Positions 8,534 to 17,013 of a DNA stretch of 32,000 bases are shown here, piece after piece. The notes under the pieces are model-generated. The model saw only the letters and a list, made by a program, of their open reading frames with translations. It was not told the origin of the DNA and searched no databases. Positions within the stretch are counted from its first letter, which is position 1, and the number at the start of each line of letters is the position of its first letter. Made by a program: the position numbers and the translations under genes. Location: positions 145,164 to 177,163 of the forward strand of contig CAZXEQ010000006.1 of the NCBI GenBank assembly GCA_964640155.1. The letters are read 5' to 3'. The DNA comes from an uncultured bacterium (lineage in GTDB: Bacteria > Auribacterota > JACPWU01).

Positions 8534-11500
8534 ATGGGCTTACCCTCTTATTCAGTTAGAAAACCTATTGGCTTAATCATGTTGTTCACGGCACTGACCC
8601 TTTTTGGTTTAGTGGCCTTTACAAAACTCCCCGTAGAACTCATGCCTAATGCTAGCTATGACAAAATCACTATTCTGGTCAACATTCGTGGTGGAATGCC
8701 CCCTGTAGATGTTGAATTTCTAGTCACACGCCCTATTGAAGAAGCCCTTAGCACCGTCACCCATCTGGAAAGTATCGGATCTACCTCCAAAGAAGGAAAA
8801 TCGACTGTTGTTTTGAGTTTTCCTCCAGGAACCGACATGGACTTTTCATCTTTGGAAGTCAGAGAGAAATTTGCAAAAGTTAAAAACAAGCTTCCTCATG
8901 AATGTGAAAAACCTGTGATTGCTAAATATGAAGAATCTGACACCCCTGTGATGATCTTAGCCATTGCAAGTTTCGTGCACACGACTGAACAAATACGCGC
9001 CCTGGTGGAAGATCGCATTAAAGAGAGATTGATGCGAATTCGAGGTGTAGCAAATATCGAAATCGGTGGGGGCAAAGAAAGAAAAATCCTCGTTGAACTT
9101 GACCAAAAACGTATTCAAGCCCTTAACCTATCTGTTCAAAGAGTTGTTTCTGCCATATCTAAAAACAATCTCAATCTCATGGTAGGTAATGTTGCAAAAG
9201 ATGAATATAAAATCCTTTTAAGAACCATTGGACAACTCCCCTCTCTTGATGCCATCAAAGACATTCCTGTTATGAAAACAGACCAGCTTTCAATTGTTCG
9301 TTTAAAAGATATCTCTGAAGTAAAAGATTCTTTTTTAGAAGCAACCACTTATTCAAGAACCAATTCTAGAGAAGTTGTTTCCCTGTATGTTCAGAAAGAA
9401 TCCACAGCAAATACAGTAAAAGTTTGTGAAAGCCTTCAAAAAGAAATGGATGATGTAGCTAAATCTATTGGGAAAGATGTTCGTATTATTACAGTGAGTA
9501 ACCAAGCCATCTTTATTGAGAGCGCCATTGAAACCGTCATGAAATCCCTGCGAGATGGAGGAATTCTCGCAATCATCGTACTTTTTTTCTTTTTAAGAGA
9601 TTTTCGATCTACCATAGCCATTGTACTTTCAATGCCCCTTTCAATTGTCATTACATTTGCTCTCATGTGGTTCAGTGGTTTAACAGTCAATGTTCAAACC
9701 TTGAGTGGACTTGCACTCGGAATCGGAATGTTAACTGATAACGCGGTGGTTGTTTTAGAAAATATTGATATTAGACGTTCTAAAGGGCAAAATCCCATTG
9801 ATGCAGCTATTCAAGGAAGTCAGCAAGTGTTATTGGCCCTTGTCTCTTCAACAGCGACAACAGTCATTGTCTTTCTCCCCATCGTATTCATTAATAAACA
9901 AATTCAAATTCTCTATAAAGGACTTGCATTGACCGTTACTTATTCACTCGTAGCTTCTCTTTTAACCGCTTTATCAATTGTTCCTCTGATGGTTTCTAGA
10001 GGAACCTATAAAGCCAAAGTTAAGAAAAAAGCAAGAGCATCCATTCGAAAAGTGAAGAACCTTTATCGTAAAAGCCTTTTTTATGCAGTTCGATATCGTT
10101 ATATCTGCGTAGGAGTGGTATTTTTTATCATGTACATGGCTTTTCTATATATTGGAGGTTTAGAAAAAGAACTCCTTGCCTCTTCAGAAGAAGGAAAATT
10201 TACTGTCTTTGTCGAACTTCCATCAGGCGCTAAACTTGAACTCTCAGATAAAGTTGTGAAACAAGTTGAAGAAATTCTTTCAAAAATGCCTGAAATTCAG
10301 ACCGTTTCTTCCCGTGTAGAAGGATGGTCTTCTAAAGTTTATGTAGATCTTGTTCCCCCAGACAAACGTAATAAAAGCGTTGAAGACCTCATTGAAGAGC
10401 TACGTCCAAAATTTAAAAATTTAGGGGAAGCAGAAAGAGCCTTTGTCTACTTTTCAGAGTCTAGAGGGGGTGGATCCAAAGAGATTCTTGTGGATGTATA
10501 TGGTTTTGATTATGGAACTTTGAAAAAATTGGCTTCTGAAATTGCTGGGAAGATGGAGAAAATTCAAGGACTCACTGATCTTAAGTTGAGAATGAAAGAG
10601 GGTCGACCCGAATATGACATTGTGATTGATAAAAATAAGGCTGCTGTTCATGGCATGTCTACACGCGATATCGCCGATGAACTTCATGCTCAAACCCGTG
10701 GGCTTGAAGCCACGCGATTTCATTCTGAAGGAGGAAAAGAAGTTGAGACGATTGCACGCCTTCAGCAAAAAGATAGAGCTCACTTATCTGATATTCGAAA
10801 GCTTACACTGGTGACTCCACGTGGAGAACTATTAGAGCTCAAAGAGGTTGCTAATTTTAAAGAAGGCATTGCCCCAAGCGAGGTTTGGAGACTTAATAAA
10901 ACTCGAATGATTCAGGTCAGTTCTAATTTACACAACATCGGTATGGAAAAGGCTGCTGCTTTAATTAAAGAAGAATTGAAATCAATGAAATTTCCAAAGG
11001 ATTATTATTATCTTTTTGGTGGTGATTATGCCCGACAGGTTGAAAATCAGCAACAGCTAGCAGTTGCTCTTTTAATCACCCTTGTGCTGATTTATATGCT
11101 ATTGGCTTCTCTCTTTGAGTCTTATTTTCAGCCCTTTATCATCATGAGTGCTATTCCCCTCTGTTCTATCGGTGTTGCTATCGCTCTAGGGATCACGCAT
11201 ACCACCATCAGCATGGGAGTAATGATTGGAACCATCATGCTTGGAGGAATTGTGGTCAATCACTCTATTGTTATGGTGGACCATATCAACTTTGTTGTAA
11301 AACATGAAAATTATGGAAGATTTAGAGCCGTGATTAGCTCAGGAATCGATCGCTTGCGTCCCATCATGATGACAGCAGCAACAACAGTATTGGGGCTTCT
11401 TCCAACGGCATGGGATAAAAGTCAGGGAGCAAGTCTTTGGAGCCCTCTTGCCATTACCGTCATTGGAGGTATTATCAGCTCAACGGTTATGACACTTTAT

Positions 11501-11614
11501 ATTGTTCCTAGTATTTTTACCATCTTTGGGGATTTCGGAAAAATATTCCGCAAAGCCCTAAGCATGCTTTTTCCAAACAAAGTAGTAGAAACACCTCTTA
11601 CCAATAATACTTAA
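8534..11614 (+). CDS. RND efflux permease (AcrB/AcrD/AcrF superfamily), paralogue 2
   Basis: 1026 aa with the same architecture as paralogue 1 (SYSVRKPIGLIMLF...LPVELMPNASYDKITI). TM4 motif is GMLTDNAVVVLEN. Confidence 0.95.
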   Translation: MGLPSYSVRKPIGLIMLFTALTLFGLVAFTKLPVELMPNASYDKITILVNIRGGMPPVDVEFLVTRPIEEALSTVTHLESIGSTSKEGKSTVVLSFPPGTDMDFSSLEVREKFAKVKNKLPHECEKPVIAKYEESDTPVMILAIASFVHTTEQIRALVEDRIKERLMRIRGVANIEIGGGKERKILVELDQKRIQALNLSVQRVVSAISKNNLNLMVGNVAKDEYKILLRTIGQLPSLDAIKDIPVMKTDQLSIVRLKDISEVKDSFLEATTYSRTNSREVVSLYVQKESTANTVKVCESLQKEMDDVAKSIGKDVRIITVSNQAIFIESAIETVMKSLRDGGILAIIVLFFFLRDFRSTIAIVLSMPLSIVITFALMWFSGLTVNVQTLSGLALGIGMLTDNAVVVLENIDIRRSKGQNPIDAAIQGSQQVLLALVSSTATTVIVFLPIVFINKQIQILYKGLALTVTYSLVASLLTALSIVPLMVSRGTYKAKVKKKARASIRKVKNLYRKSLFYAVRYRYICVGVVFFIMYMAFLYIGGLEKELLASSEEGKFTVFVELPSGAKLELSDKVVKQVEEILSKMPEIQTVSSRVEGWSSKVYVDLVPPDKRNKSVEDLIEELRPKFKNLGEAERAFVYFSESRGGGSKEILVDVYGFDYGTLKKLASEIAGKMEKIQGLTDLKLRMKEGRPEYDIVIDKNKAAVHGMSTRDIADELHAQTRGLEATRFHSEGGKEVETIARLQQKDRAHLSDIRKLTLVTPRGELLELKEVANFKEGIAPSEVWRLNKTRMIQVSSNLHNIGMEKAAALIKEELKSMKFPKDYYYLFGGDYARQVENQQQLAVALLITLVLIYMLLASLFESYFQPFIIMSAIPLCSIGVAIALGITHTTISMGVMIGTIMLGGIVVNHSIVMVDHINFVVKHENYGRFRAVISSGIDRLRPIMMTAATTVLGLLPTAWDKSQGASLWSPLAITVIGGIISSTVMTLYIVPSIFTIFGDFGKIFRKALSMLFPNKVVETPLTNNT

Positions 11615-11739
11615 ACTATATTCCTCTTTCGCTACATCAAAATCTATTTGCTTGTACCTCTTTCAGTCTGGGATATATAAAAATTTAACCACGATGAACA
11701 TTGTGAGAATGGACAAATGTGAGGGGAATTGATTTACTT

Positions 11740-13038
11740 CTAAAGCGCGTTTTTAGGTATGATCTTTACTTCTTCTGAAGCATTTCTCATCAATCGAATT
11801 TCTTCAAACTCATCAAAGCGATACTTTTCTTGAAGAACATTTTGAATCACTTCACGGGTTAGATCATAAAGCTGAGGAGGAAAACCTTCTTTTGAATGAG
11901 TCATTTCAAACTGGAATTGAAAGAAAGTCAATTTTTCATTCTTTTCGTCTTTCAAATAATGTCCTTTAATCGATTCAACTTTAAAGTCAAAAGGTTGAAT
12001 ATTATTTCTCTTATCCTCTGCAAGTTTTTCTAAATCATTCACCTTTCTCACAATTCTCAAGGCAATTTGCCCTGCAATAAAATCAGGAAAGGTCACTTCA
12101 TCTAAATGAAAATCATCTTCCACCCACTGATCAACATCCTGAAAACGAAGATAAGATTCTGGAAATGCTCTCTTGCGAAATTTTCCATTTTCATCACGGT
12201 AATCCAAAGGAATAACCTCTGTGATATTCGCATTAAAATTAGAGGCCCCCAACACAAACAAGTATTCATATACAAAACCTGAAGGAAATGTAATGTCTTC
12301 ACTTACAGTTCCCGGTTTCATTTCATACGTTTCCCTTACCTGACAATAAACAAGGGCTTTTTCATCGGGTAATGATTTCGTTTTGATATTAAGAATTTTA
12401 TAATGAACCTTGTCTTTGAGTCTCATTTCAAGCACCATTCTTAAAAAAGAGAGAGAAAAATCGCTTGAGTCAGTGCTTTTCTTAAGATAATCAGTCAATA
12501 AATGGTGAGTATTACCTGTGGAAAGATTCGAAAAAAAGTTAAGGATAGATCGCTTGGCTAATGGAGCAGGATTAAACCTAATTTTAAGCATCATCCGCTG
12601 CTCAAAATCATCTCTAGATATAGCAGAGGTCCAGAATTTTTTAATATCGAGGAGGTAACGGGTAGCAACGTATTCAACACCCGGAATAGCTTTATTAGCA
12701 ATCACAAGCGTATAAAACTGAATAGGAGCATCCGTTGAAAGAGAAACTCTAGCTAAACTGAGTAGAACATTTCCCATGCGTTCTGAATCAATGTCACTCA
12801 CACCACCAAAAAGCTTTTCAACCCTAACCCAAGCTCCTAGATTATTGCCAATAATTTTGCCTTGAACATCTTTGACTTTATATTCGTCCTGACAAACCTT
12901 CTTGATGGAATCGACAACTTTTTCTTTGGGGAAAGAGGCCTTACTACAACTGCTGGCAAGAAAAAGAAGAAAAAAGGATAAAAGATAGAGACATCTATAT
13001 CCCTCAAACCGTATAAAAGATTTTAGAAGCGAGCCCAC
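11740..13038 (-). CDS. hypothetical lipoprotein, translationally linked to the upstream FtsH-like gene
   Basis: 432 aa with a GTG start 6 nt after the FtsH-like stop. The hydrophobic N-terminus ends in a lipobox-like FLASSC. No recognisable domain. Confidence 0.75.
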   Translation of the reverse strand: MGSLLKSFIRFEGYRCLYLLSFFLLFLASSCSKASFPKEKVVDSIKKVCQDEYKVKDVQGKIIGNNLGAWVRVEKLFGGVSDIDSERMGNVLLSLARVSLSTDAPIQFYTLVIANKAIPGVEYVATRYLLDIKKFWTSAISRDDFEQRMMLKIRFNPAPLAKRSILNFFSNLSTGNTHHLLTDYLKKSTDSSDFSLSFLRMVLEMRLKDKVHYKILNIKTKSLPDEKALVYCQVRETYEMKPGTVSEDITFPSGFVYEYLFVLGASNFNANITEVIPLDYRDENGKFRKRAFPESYLRFQDVDQWVEDDFHLDEVTFPDFIAGQIALRIVRKVNDLEKLAEDKRNNIQPFDFKVESIKGHYLKDEKNEKLTFFQFQFEMTHSKEGFPPQLYDLTREVIQNVLQEKYRFDEFEEIRLMRNASEEVKIIPKNAL

Positions 13039-13044
13039 GATGCA

Positions 13045-14697
13045 TTACTCCATAGGATCAGGCCCTTGAATCAATGACGTCGTCTTAGGAGTAACTTGAT
13101 GATCATAGCCATACTCCTTAAAAATAGCTTCGATATCATCATATTCAAGTTCTGTTCTTTCCAAAAGCTCCTTAGCAAATCGTTCTAGAATATGCTTTTC
13201 TTTTCTTAAAAGATCTTCTGCTTCCTTTAGACAAGCATTCAATATTTCTCGGGTATCTGCATTTAAATCATCTTTAATCTTATCCGAAATTTCTGTTTCA
13301 GGAATAACCGTGTAATCACCCACATACTCCTGTTTTCCCATTCCAAATTTCCACACCATAGAATGTGCAACATGCATTGCATTTCTAAAGTCAGAAGCAA
13401 CTCCATTGGACGTAACACCATAGCGAATCTTTTCCCCTAAATAACCTCCTAAGGAAACTTTGATATCTGCCAACAATCCGTCTTTATTCTCCGTAAAATA
13501 TTCTTCTCTGGGCTGATGATAAACAACACCTAACGTGGATTGTCGTGTTGCAATAGAGGCTTTAAAGACATCATCTGTAGGATGAAGAATATAAAGAACA
13601 ATCAAGTGCCCTGCTTCGTGAAAAGCAACACGTTCCCTCTCATCCGAAGTCATTTCTCTTTTCAATTTAATACCCAAATCAATGCGTTCAATGGCCTCTG
13701 TTAAATCCTTGTAAGTCACCACCTCACGCTTATTTCGAGTCGCAATCAGAGCAGATTCTTTAATCACATTTTCAATTTCAGCAGGACTTTTTCCCACAGA
13801 TTTTCTTGCCAATCGACCAATATCAATCGTTGGGTCATGCTTCACTTTATCCATATAAAATCTAAAAAGTTTTTCTCTGCCCTTTAACCCTGGCTTTGAA
13901 ATAAAAATTTTCCGATCAAAACGCCCTGGTCTTAAAAGGGCTTCGTCCATAATCCCTTCAATAGCATTGGTCGCACCGATAACAACAACATTTCCTGCCC
14001 CTTCTAAGCCATCCAGTTCAATTAAGAGCTGGTTCAAGGTGCTATCTGTTTCCTGTCCTCCTCCAAATGAAAATGAACGTTTGCGACCGACGGCATCTAA
14101 TTCATCAATAAAAATAATGCAACCACCTTCAGCATAAGCAAGTTTTTTTGCTTTAGCAAAGAGCTTACGAACTCGACTGGCTCCCACTCCCACAAAAATT
14201 TCCACAAATTCGCTTCCTGAAATCGACAAAAATGGAAGACCGGCTTCTGTCGCAATAGCTTTGGCTAACAATGTTTTTCCACAACCTGGAGGTCCAATCA
14301 ACAACATTCCTCTTAAAATTTTTCCTCCGATTTGCTTTAGCTTCGTCCTATCTTTAATCAATTGAACCATTTCCCAAGCTTCGTCTTTTGCTTCATCGAT
14401 TCCGATGACTTGATCAAATTTAACATTCACAAAGTCTGCTTTAATCTTATTACGTCTCATTTGATTAAAACCACTCATCATCATATTCATATAAATATAG
14501 GCGAAAATAAAAGCCTGCAAGAAAACTGACAAGATCGTGATGGGAAGACCCGCCAAGGTTAGATTTCGATAAAAAGACTCCATCGTGTAAAGACCCCAAA
14601 CTGATAGAGCTAAAAGAATAAGAATGGTGGAAGTGATAATAATTGGGATTCGTGTGTTATAAACAAAAATCTTAAACTTTCTCCATAGTCTGTGCAT
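13045..14697 (-). CDS. ftsH: FtsH-like AAA+ ATPase / M41 zinc metalloprotease lacking a periplasmic domain
   Basis: 550 aa. Walker A GPPGCGKT, Walker [10 protein letters not shown], pore loop [11 protein letters not shown], second region of homology (SRH) [22 protein letters not shown], zinc motif HEAGH. The two N-terminal TM helices are separated by only about 11 residues. SD site AAGGAG. Confidence 0.9.
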   Translation of the reverse strand: MHRLWRKFKIFVYNTRIPIIITSTILILLALSVWGLYTMESFYRNLTLAGLPITILSVFLQAFIFAYIYMNMMMSGFNQMRRNKIKADFVNVKFDQVIGIDEAKDEAWEMVQLIKDRTKLKQIGGKILRGMLLIGPPGCGKTLLAKAIATEAGLPFLSISGSEFVEIFVGVGASRVRKLFAKAKKLAYAEGGCIIFIDELDAVGRKRSFSFGGGQETDSTLNQLLIELDGLEGAGNVVVIGATNAIEGIMDEALLRPGRFDRKIFISKPGLKGREKLFRFYMDKVKHDPTIDIGRLARKSVGKSPAEIENVIKESALIATRNKREVVTYKDLTEAIERIDLGIKLKREMTSDERERVAFHEAGHLIVLYILHPTDDVFKASIATRQSTLGVVYHQPREEYFTENKDGLLADIKVSLGGYLGEKIRYGVTSNGVASDFRNAMHVAHSMVWKFGMGKQEYVGDYTVIPETEISDKIKDDLNADTREILNACLKEAEDLLRKEKHILERFAKELLERTELEYDDIEAIFKEYGYDHQVTPKTTSLIQGPDPME

Positions 14698-14720
14698 ATA
14701 CGCTCCTTAGTCAATATACC

Positions 14721-14750
14721 ATGATAGCATGAGTTTTTGGGGTCCGTCAA
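14721..14750 (-). promoter_or_regulatory. putative extended -10 sigma70 promoter for the FtsH-like/lipoprotein unit
   Basis: On the minus strand: TTGACG (14745-14750), 18-nt spacer, TGcTATCAT (-10 hexamer at 14721-14726). The -35 element is embedded in the perfect palindrome GTCAAATTTGAC (14746-14757). Confidence 0.5.
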
Positions 14751-14821
14751 ATTTGACTATTTACTAAAACATATTTTCAGAGCAACTTATTCTCAAAATC
14801 TCTGTAAAGTCTGACAAAAAT

Positions 14822-14853
14822 AAGGGGGGCTTCTTTTTGTGAAAGCCCCCCTT
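14822..14853 (-). terminator. Rho-independent terminator after the 642-aa gene
   Basis: An 11-bp GC-rich stem (AAGGGGGGCTT / AAGCCCCCCTT) with a 10-nt loop. On the minus strand it is followed by TTATTTTTG. It lies 29 nt after the stop at 14882. Confidence 0.7.
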
Positions 14854-14881
14854 TCTAAAAAACTCAAAAGTGACCTAAATA

Positions 14882-16810
14882 CTATTTCAAATCTTCCATC
14901 TGAATATACAGTGTTTCTTCAATACCTGAATCTCGGTTGATTGCTTCCACAGCAACTGCTTTCATGACTTTCAAAGATTCCAAGAAAGGGATCACATTTT
15001 CTTCGAGCATAGCATCTGTTTGAGCTCCACTTGCCTTCTGAAATTTCTGAGCCCATTTTGTGATTTGAATCACCAAATCCAATGTTCTCTCCATATTAAC
15101 AAAACCTAGTTGATTCACCTTGGCATTGAAATTAGGTGTAGCATTCTTAAAACTTTGACTTTGAGCAACAGCTGATTTTCCACCTTTTACAACATCAATT
15201 AAGCTTTTTACTGTATCTTTGTTGATACCAATGATAAGGAAACCATTGGTGACAGCATAAGACGGATTCAATGTTTGAAAAGGTAATTGAACTTCTAAAT
15301 AGTTAATTTCTACCCCTTGATACTCCTCTTTACCAAGACTCACTTGTGCCAAGGAAGGAGTCACAGGTGCAGCAGTAACTGTTTGTGTATCTGCGGTAGA
15401 CTCTTCTGTAACAGCTGCTGAACCATCCGCATTAACAGATGAAGTCTCCCCTGACGAAGCACTCACGCCTGATGGAGCTGATTTTTTAACCACATAATCC
15501 ATCAAAGTTTTCATCACACTGGAAATCTTTGCTTCATCTTTCACCTTCGCTAAAATGGCAACATGAGGGAAAGGGAAAAGTCCCGACATGTCTACATTTG
15601 TAATTGCAAAACAGACTTCATTATCTAAAGAAGCCAAAATATCGTTTTTAATACTAATATTTGCTTCTTTCTCAAAATTAGAGACTCCCTCTTGAATAAT
15701 GGCTGCTTGATTTGCACCTTGAGTTTGCATACTCCCTTGCCATGCGTCCCAAATCTTTGAAAGCTCTAAGCCATTTGATGCAGTTAAAATCAAACTGCCA
15801 TCGGGAAGAAAACTTAAAGACTCTGTTTCTTTGGGTCCTGATTCCCATCCCGTCATTGCAGGAGATGGAGCAGCAGCACTATTTTTCATAAAGAAAAGCT
15901 TTACCAATAAACCATTATCAAAACCCACAGCACCCGAGATAGATTGAATGGATCCTAATGTCTGCTCAATACCTGCTGTAAGGTTTTCCGATGCACCTTC
16001 AGGCTTTGGCAATGCTTTAATCAAGTCTACAATTTTTGCCATATTGACATAAATTAAACCTCTTAAGTCTCCCCTAATCTTTAGATTTCCAATGGCCTTT
16101 TTATATTCCTCATTAGAACCAAGAGATTCCGAAGATTTTTTTGAAGCTAGATCGATCACCTTGCGAAGACCAGAATCATCCAATCCTACTTCTAATGCAA
16201 AAATATTTCCCACAATTGAATAATTGAATTCAGGACCTGCCACTTTTGGATTTTTAACACGTGTAATTTTTTGATCATTGTATTCAACAGTTTCTAAAGT
16301 CACTTCCCCTTTTACCTTTTCAACCAAAGCAGCAATTTTTCCATTCACATCTGCCTTAGAACTGGTTTGAGATAAAAGCAAAAGTTGAGGATTTGCAAGA
16401 CCTTCCTTACTTCCAATCAAAGCAATACTTAAATCCTGACCAAATAAACCAAAGAGATTTTCTTCAGAAAATTCGAAACCTAAATTATTCTTAAATTCTT
16501 CTTTAAAGGCATTGAGATCAAAAGGTACATTTCCCCAAATCTTTAAAGCAGATACTCTTTGCCAGAATTGAGAGTCTTTAATCAAAGACCATGTTGCTTG
16601 AGCATTTCGAGCAGAAAGGAAAAGAACAACGTCGCTGGGAACTATTTCAGCAATGGCAACCTCACCTTGTGAAGAAACAAGTTCACTGACCGAGCTTTCT
16701 ATTCCGGAAGAGGCGGCATGTCCTGGTTGGCTTTTCTTCATTTTAAGAGTTACAACAACACCTACAGCTACGAGTGCCGCTACAACAACCACAAGAATAC
16801 CCTTTTTCAT
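14882..16810 (-). CDS. hypothetical N-terminally membrane-anchored extracytoplasmic protein
   Basis: 642 aa. Single N-terminal TM or signal anchor (GILVVVVAALVAVGVVVTL). S/T/A-rich linker around SGETSSVNADGSAAVTEESTADTQTVTAAPVTP. Strong SD site AAGGAGG. The architecture is reminiscent of DUF3352-type proteins, but I cannot verify this. Confidence 0.8.
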   Translation of the reverse strand: MKKGILVVVVAALVAVGVVVTLKMKKSQPGHAASSGIESSVSELVSSQGEVAIAEIVPSDVVLFLSARNAQATWSLIKDSQFWQRVSALKIWGNVPFDLNAFKEEFKNNLGFEFSEENLFGLFGQDLSIALIGSKEGLANPQLLLLSQTSSKADVNGKIAALVEKVKGEVTLETVEYNDQKITRVKNPKVAGPEFNYSIVGNIFALEVGLDDSGLRKVIDLASKKSSESLGSNEEYKKAIGNLKIRGDLRGLIYVNMAKIVDLIKALPKPEGASENLTAGIEQTLGSIQSISGAVGFDNGLLVKLFFMKNSAAAPSPAMTGWESGPKETESLSFLPDGSLILTASNGLELSKIWDAWQGSMQTQGANQAAIIQEGVSNFEKEANISIKNDILASLDNEVCFAITNVDMSGLFPFPHVAILAKVKDEAKISSVMKTLMDYVVKKSAPSGVSASSGETSSVNADGSAAVTEESTADTQTVTAAPVTPSLAQVSLGKEEYQGVEINYLEVQLPFQTLNPSYAVTNGFLIIGINKDTVKSLIDVVKGGKSAVAQSQSFKNATPNFNAKVNQLGFVNMERTLDLVIQITKWAQKFQKASGAQTDAMLEENVIPFLESLKVMKAVAVEAINRDSGIEETLYIQMEDLK

Positions 16811-16873
16811 TCTCTTCCTCCTTGAGATTTAGACAATAAGAAATTATTAGGAATAAACCTATCCTTGAGAATA

Positions 16874-16903
16874 AGTATAACGACGAAAGGCATTGGAATG
16901 CAA
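16874..16903 (-). promoter_or_regulatory. putative sigma70 promoter for the 642-aa gene
   Basis: On the minus strand: TTGCAT (16898-16903), 18-nt spacer, TATACT (16874-16879). Confidence 0.45.
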
Positions 16904-16950
16904 GTAATTTCGAATGAAATGAATAGACGATTTAAGTCTGATGAAGATTA

Positions 16951-16992
16951 TAAAAAAAGCCAGCTAACGGATTATTCAACCCATTAGCTGGC
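16951..16992 (-). terminator. Rho-independent terminator after the 729-aa gene
   Basis: A 9-bp stem, GCCAGCTAA (16959-16967) paired with TTAGCTGGC (16984-16992). On the minus strand it is followed by a run of seven T (16952-16958). It lies 22 nt after the stop at 17014. Confidence 0.75.
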
Positions 16993-17013
16993 TTAAAAGA
17001 ATCAACAATAAGA

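Noticed and set aside
11615-11739. The convergent intergenic region between RND2 and the lipoprotein gene would be expected to hold a bidirectional terminator.
   Set aside because: I could find no convincing GC-rich stem with a flanking T-run, only short AT-rich complementarities. I did not annotate one.
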